Made by a program: the position numbers and the translations under genes
Shown: positions 59,607 through 64,000 of the stretch, piece after piece
How positions within the stretch are numbered: the stretch's first letter is position 1
Layout of the letters: the number at the start of each line of letters is the position of its first letter
The notes under the pieces: generated by a model
The model's input: only the letters and a program-made list of their open reading frames with translations
Databases searched by the model: none
What the model was told of the DNA's origin: nothing
Virus record (IMG/VR): IMGVR_UViG_3300020578_000043
Location: 1-64,000 of that record
Direction: 5' to 3' (one strand)
Origin: a virus
DNA length: 64,000 bases

Positions 59607-62108
59607 CTAACCTTCTACTTGGGTAATTAACAGTGGGTTTGAAACCGAAGCCTGTCCTGAAGAAAAATCGCTAAAGATAGGTATCAATATGAATCTTGTG
59701 TATCCCACATCATGTTTTGACACCTTATAGGAAAACGTTGCTTGTTCTCTTGACAATGCATGACACTTTCCAATGATCCTTCTAACTCCATCTATCTCTG
59801 TCAAAATCACTAAATGATCTATTAAGTTTTGGTCTCCCCTTATTGACCATGTCAAGTATGCATTATCATCGTTCAGCATAGATGCATTAAAATTGCTTAT
59901 TGATGGCTTCTGCGCAGTTAAAGATAGATTTGTTTGATAAGAAGTTCCTATAAATCCGTACAAATTGTCATTCTTTGGATCAGACTCTTGTTCTATGACT
60001 CTCTTTGAAACGACGCTGCCTCTATTTAGCGTAAGAGGATGCAGGTGCTTTCTTGGATTCACGTTGTACTTTTTTCTAGTCTCTGAGTCTCTTAACTCTT
60101 TCTTTTGAGAAATTACAGTTTCAGGGTCACGAACAAGAGGATATATCATGTACGTGTACTGATTGTTATAAGCTAGATGTTTTGCAGAATACAAAGCACT
60201 TCTGTTTGAGTCAACGAAGGTTGCTCCGTTCGGAATTATACCTAGATCTTCAACTTCACCAGTGCTTATGTTGTACCTTACTATGCTAAAAGATATGAAT
60301 TTATCATAATTTGCTTTTCTAGATGTAAGCTGTCTTTCATCATACGTTGCATCGACTTGATTCAATAGAGCCTTAAACACCCCTATTTGATCTTGAATTA
60401 ATTCCGCAGTCACAGAAAACTGCATGTCATTTCCAGAATTAATAGAATTTGATATGTTCACCGAGAATGGATTTCCGATATAAGGAACGTATTCAAAAAA
60501 TGTAGAGTAAGATGACATCGTCTCAACTCCATTTTTTTCTATGATCATAGTAGTCAATTCATACAAGTGATATGGTATTAAATTACTGTCTAAAAGTAGA
60601 GATGATTCAGAGTCTGGATTTTGAAAGTAAAAAACATCATTTATCTTAGTATATTTGGTTTGACGCTTTGTAATGTTTCTTATCAATAGACGAGCAGCGG
60701 CTATATTGAAATAACCACCATATGCTGTCACAACTATCCCTTTATTTGTGTGTTGAGGAATGATGACAAGCTTCTTGTTCGTGCTAGTCGTGTGTTTGTT
60801 ATTAATGAGGACGTCTGAAAAAACAGGCGGCAAAAAATCAGGAGAAAACTTGTTGTATGGAATGACTCTGTAGATGACGTTCTCTTCATTTAGATTCGTA
60901 TACGTGAAGCTCATTAAGCCGTTCTCTTTGCTCAAGCTCGCTGTATCAATCAAGTTATATGAAGTCATAACGTTACGATCACTGATTGAAAAAGCTTTTT
61001 TATAGATTCTCAACCCGTTTGACCTATCATCGTTTTGCTTTATCTGTAACGTAACATTTGAACCTGATCTAGATGCAACTGCAGTCGGGGGTAACGAAGG
61101 GGTGAAGTAATTCCTAAGATGCTCTTCTATGTTTAGTTCTTTTTCAATGACTTCTATTGGAAAGACTTGTCTCGTTCCTGATTCATTAGACGTCTGAAGC
61201 AATTCAAACTTGACGTTAACCAACGAAGAAAATTGGTTTCGTATCGTCTTGACTATGTCGTTCTTTATGGACACTCTAGTCTTTATCGTTATCGTATCAT
61301 CGAATGTTTGGCCAACTGAAGTGACGTACTCTGATACTTGACGAGTTCCTTGTCCTTGAAAAATGTAAGAATTCACCAATTTTGTAAGAGGGTTTCCAAC
61401 ATACTCAGGGTATGTGTTCTTTCTAATCAATCCGTTCAAGTGATTGTGAGTGCTCAATGATCTGTCTGAAGTCACAGTTACGACAGAAGGCGGAAGAGAT
61501 TTTTTTTGAATCAAGTCTATGATCGCTTCCCTGCTGTCGATCAACGAATCACTGTTGATGTTTAATCCTGTTCCGCTTGTCGCTGCATGACCCACGTTTC
61601 TTTTGATTATTCCAGATACCTGAGTTTCTTCTGAATCTTTTTCTTCTATCTTAGTGACGATTATCTTGTTTTTTTGCAGCCCAACGCCCTCAAGAGGAAA
61701 CTTGTTTTTTAACAAAGGAAGAATTTGATTGTTGATCTTTGCAGTGATGTCGCTTTCCTTATATGCAAGAATGACGCTTCTTTCATTCTGCCTGATGTTG
61801 TTCATCTTAGCTTTGTGACCAAGAATGTTATCAAGAAGCTTGTCAGTGTCAATATCACCTAACTTCCTAGACGTCACGATGACCGGCCGGGGAGGCATCC
61901 TAGTCCTCAACGTTATTGCGACAGAAAAAGAATTTTGCTCTATTGCTTTTAACTGTGATAACTTATAAGAGAACTCAAACTGTAATTCATTTTCAGAAAA
62001 TTGAGCTCGTGGGTGAGGGGAGCTTGTGGTAACGTTGACCAACGTGGCAAAATTATCATCTATTTGTAATATGCCATTGCTCGTTTTTGTTTTATTGTTA
62101 AAATACAC
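59607..62108 (-). CDS. Large hypothetical beta-rich protein (833 aa), probably structural
   Basis: Repeated Ig/FN3-like patterns (YRVIP, YELT, YTYMIYP, FILIP). Confidence 0.7.
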   Translation of the reverse strand: MYFNNKTKTSNGILQIDDNFATLVNVTTSSPHPRAQFSENELQFEFSYKLSQLKAIEQNSFSVAITLRTRMPPRPVIVTSRKLGDIDTDKLLDNILGHKAKMNNIRQNERSVILAYKESDITAKINNQILPLLKNKFPLEGVGLQKNKIIVTKIEEKDSEETQVSGIIKRNVGHAATSGTGLNINSDSLIDSREAIIDLIQKKSLPPSVVTVTSDRSLSTHNHLNGLIRKNTYPEYVGNPLTKLVNSYIFQGQGTRQVSEYVTSVGQTFDDTITIKTRVSIKNDIVKTIRNQFSSLVNVKFELLQTSNESGTRQVFPIEVIEKELNIEEHLRNYFTPSLPPTAVASRSGSNVTLQIKQNDDRSNGLRIYKKAFSISDRNVMTSYNLIDTASLSKENGLMSFTYTNLNEENVIYRVIPYNKFSPDFLPPVFSDVLINNKHTTSTNKKLVIIPQHTNKGIVVTAYGGYFNIAAARLLIRNITKRQTKYTKINDVFYFQNPDSESSLLLDSNLIPYHLYELTTMIIEKNGVETMSSYSTFFEYVPYIGNPFSVNISNSINSGNDMQFSVTAELIQDQIGVFKALLNQVDATYDERQLTSRKANYDKFISFSIVRYNISTGEVEDLGIIPNGATFVDSNRSALYSAKHLAYNNQYTYMIYPLVRDPETVISQKKELRDSETRKKYNVNPRKHLHPLTLNRGSVVSKRVIEQESDPKNDNLYGFIGTSYQTNLSLTAQKPSISNFNASMLNDDNAYLTWSIRGDQNLIDHLVILTEIDGVRRIIGKCHALSREQATFSYKVSKHDVGYTRFILIPIFSDFSSGQASVSNPLLITQVEG

Positions 62109-62116
62109 CTGATCAC

Positions 62117-63100
62117 CTATTCAAAAACTAGAGTAAACATCCTGACAAAAGTTTGAGTTCCATTGTCATCTATGAACACCTTGCCTGCAAAATAAACGCT
62201 CTTTGTGACGTCATTATACCTGTATGTACCGTACTCAACGACGTCAAGTTTTTTCATATCCGAATCATTTATCTCAAAGATCTGCGACACCAACTTGTTG
62301 TTCAAAGAAGTTGGATCAAATATGATCGTCTTTTTATATCCTATGTCTTCAAGCTCTTTTAGATCATCTTCTATCTCTACGCTGGTATATTCGTCATACT
62401 CTCCGAACCTAGAATAATCTCCTATCTTATTTTCTTCTATTATCGCTGGATCTGATTTGGTGACAAGAGGGTTATCAAGCCTGTTGATGGGAGGCAAATA
62501 TTTAAAGTTTATAGATTTGCTGAATACTTTATCGTCAAAAATGCTTGGTAAGTCATTTATGAGCCTGGAATGGAATTCATTATCCTTTATAGGATTTTCA
62601 TCCGTCACCTTAAACTCTATTGATGAAACGCCAGTTCCAAATCCTTCATCTTCAAAGACATAATCTCTAGTTCCAAGAACGTATAGGTTCTTAAAGTTAT
62701 CGATAGAAGATGCAAGCAAATCAGCTGCAGTTGAGGCAAACTGTGATCCAGACAGGTAACTTACTGTTTCTCTTGCAGAACCTGAATATTCATCTTTAAA
62801 TTTGTAGCTAGATATCTTTCCGCTAGAAAGATTAATGTTCTTATTATTCTTGAATGGTTTTAGCTTTCCAGAGTCATCTGCTTCAAAAGTTATCTGATCT
62901 TGCGGAAGGTGACACTGTTCAAAGTATAATCTAGCTGTTGCATCTGCGGATCCGCTAACGACGCTTGGGTCATAGAAAGAAGTTGCGTCTGTGAAGCTTA
63001 CGTATTCTATCTTAAGCTTTCCATCTGCCATCTGTCGTCGACCTTCAAGGGTGACGATGGTATCCATTATTCTAGTTCTGTTGTCTAGGATCCCACTCAT
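62117..63100 (-). CDS. Structural protein, N-terminally paralogous to 52822..53541
   Basis: GILD...IMDTIVTLEGRRQM versus GFLD...ILDAVLTDTGRQFL. Confidence 0.65.
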   Translation of the reverse strand: MSGILDNRTRIMDTIVTLEGRRQMADGKLKIEYVSFTDATSFYDPSVVSGSADATARLYFEQCHLPQDQITFEADDSGKLKPFKNNKNINLSSGKISSYKFKDEYSGSARETVSYLSGSQFASTAADLLASSIDNFKNLYVLGTRDYVFEDEGFGTGVSSIEFKVTDENPIKDNEFHSRLINDLPSIFDDKVFSKSINFKYLPPINRLDNPLVTKSDPAIIEENKIGDYSRFGEYDEYTSVEIEDDLKELEDIGYKKTIIFDPTSLNNKLVSQIFEINDSDMKKLDVVEYGTYRYNDVTKSVYFAGKVFIDDNGTQTFVRMFTLVFE

Positions 63101-63149
63101 TGCAATATCAATTATGCGTCAACGGCAATAATTGGCCCCTCATCGATCA

Positions 63150-63998
63150 TCATAAAATCTTTGAAGCAAGCGTCGCCAATGGGCTTCTTTCTCCCTTAAG
63201 AAGTGTAACGTGTGCTGCTATTGGATACTCTTTAAACTTTTCAATTGCGTACGTTAAGCCGTTTGTATAAGCATCAACATCAACGTTATCGATTTGTTCG
63301 ATGTCTCCCGTCAAAACGATCTTCGTTCCTTCTCCAACTCTTGTGACGATCGTCTTTAGCTCATGTATCGTGAGGTTTTGAGCTTCATCGATGACGATAA
63401 ATGCGTTGGGTATTGATCTTCCTCTTATGAACGAGATCGCTTCTATCTCTATCAATCCACGTTGTTGCATCAGCTCCATGTAAGGATCAGATGACATTAG
63501 ATTATCTTTCGATTTTCTTCCTATTTTCTTACCACTGATACCTAAGAGAAAATCTAGATTGTCTTTGACAGGCGCGATCCATGGTTCCATCTTCTCTTCT
63601 AGAGTTCCAGGAAGGTAGCCTATGTCTTTACCTACAGGTTGTACTGGACGTGAGACTATCAGCTTATGATACTTCGGCTGCGATCCTATCGTATTGAGTT
63701 GTTCTAATCCTGCCGCAAGAGCAAGAAGGGTTTTACCACAACCAGCTTTTCCGACCATCGATAGAAGTTTGACGTTATCGTCCATCAACAAGTCAAGAGA
63801 AAATTGTTGCTCTTTGTTGCGAGGTCTTAAGCCAAAGACGCTCTCAATCTTTGCAAGAGACTTAAGCATTCCATCATCATGAGCTCTTGACATTCCAGAC
63901 TTTATGGTGTTTCCATTTGTGTCTATAGACTTTAAAATCACTATTTGGTTTGGAAAGATAGGTTCTTTTGTCGCTTCATCTATCTTGACGTTTCCATT
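63150..63998 (-). CDS. phoH: PhoH-family ATPase (5'-truncated)
   Basis: PRNKEQ, GKAGCGKT, SRP, IGYLPG.LEEKM.PW, IRGRS, DEAQN, TRVGEG.K...GD..QID, RS.LA; the frame stays open to the window end. Confidence 0.92.
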   Translation of the reverse strand, partial: NGNVKIDEATKEPIFPNQIVILKSIDTNGNTIKSGMSRAHDDGMLKSLAKIESVFGLRPRNKEQQFSLDLLMDDNVKLLSMVGKAGCGKTLLALAAGLEQLNTIGSQPKYHKLIVSRPVQPVGKDIGYLPGTLEEKMEPWIAPVKDNLDFLLGISGKKIGRKSKDNLMSSDPYMELMQQRGLIEIEAISFIRGRSIPNAFIVIDEAQNLTIHELKTIVTRVGEGTKIVLTGDIEQIDNVDVDAYTNGLTYAIEKFKEYPIAAHVTLLKGERSPLATLASKIL

Positions 63999-64000
63999 CT

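Noticed and set aside
512-63882. Numerous + strand ORFs (e.g. 2754..3482, 5198..5731, 11484..11996, 30540..31106, 33404..33913, 34664..35362)
   Set aside because: All are antisense shadows of well-supported minus-strand genes, with no recognisable motifs; they are explained by codon bias.
1-64000. Alternative genetic code, CRISPR array, tRNA or rRNA genes
   Set aside because: Genes are full-length in code 11 with TAA, TAG and TGA all used as stops. Intergenic gaps are short and showed no repeat-spacer or cloverleaf pattern by eye; tRNAscan was not run.

Overview
This 64-kb window is part of a large T4-like (myovirus, jumbo-type) phage genome, and every credible gene is on the minus strand. 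In transcription order (right to left) it encodes: a 5'-truncated PhoH-family ATPase; large AT-rich virion/baseplate-like proteins; a gp4-like head-completion nuclease; a RuvC-like resolvase; a primase; a single-chain SbcD-SbcC (gp47-gp46) fusion; terminase large subunit; a portal interrupted by a 376-aa HNH intein; prohead protease, scaffold and major capsid protein; a Hef-like homing endonuclease; an endolysin; neck proteins; three tandem tail-sheath paralogs; tail tube; a tail chaperone pair with a likely programmed frameshift; and the tape measure protein. The most unusual element is a bacterial-type three-gene envelope operon (24348-28475) inserted in the head-neck module. It encodes a CxxCH c-type cytochrome lipoprotein with DUF1549/DUF1588/DUF1585-like motifs, a Cys-rich lipoprotein, and a Tat-exported DUF1501-like protein, resembling loci of myxobacteria and planctomycetes. 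Two promoter classes appear to be present: sigma70-like promoters before DNA-metabolism and accessory genes, and a recurring ATANTTA motif before structural genes. All calls come from motif recognition by eye; no database search was run. No tRNA, rRNA or CRISPR array was seen.
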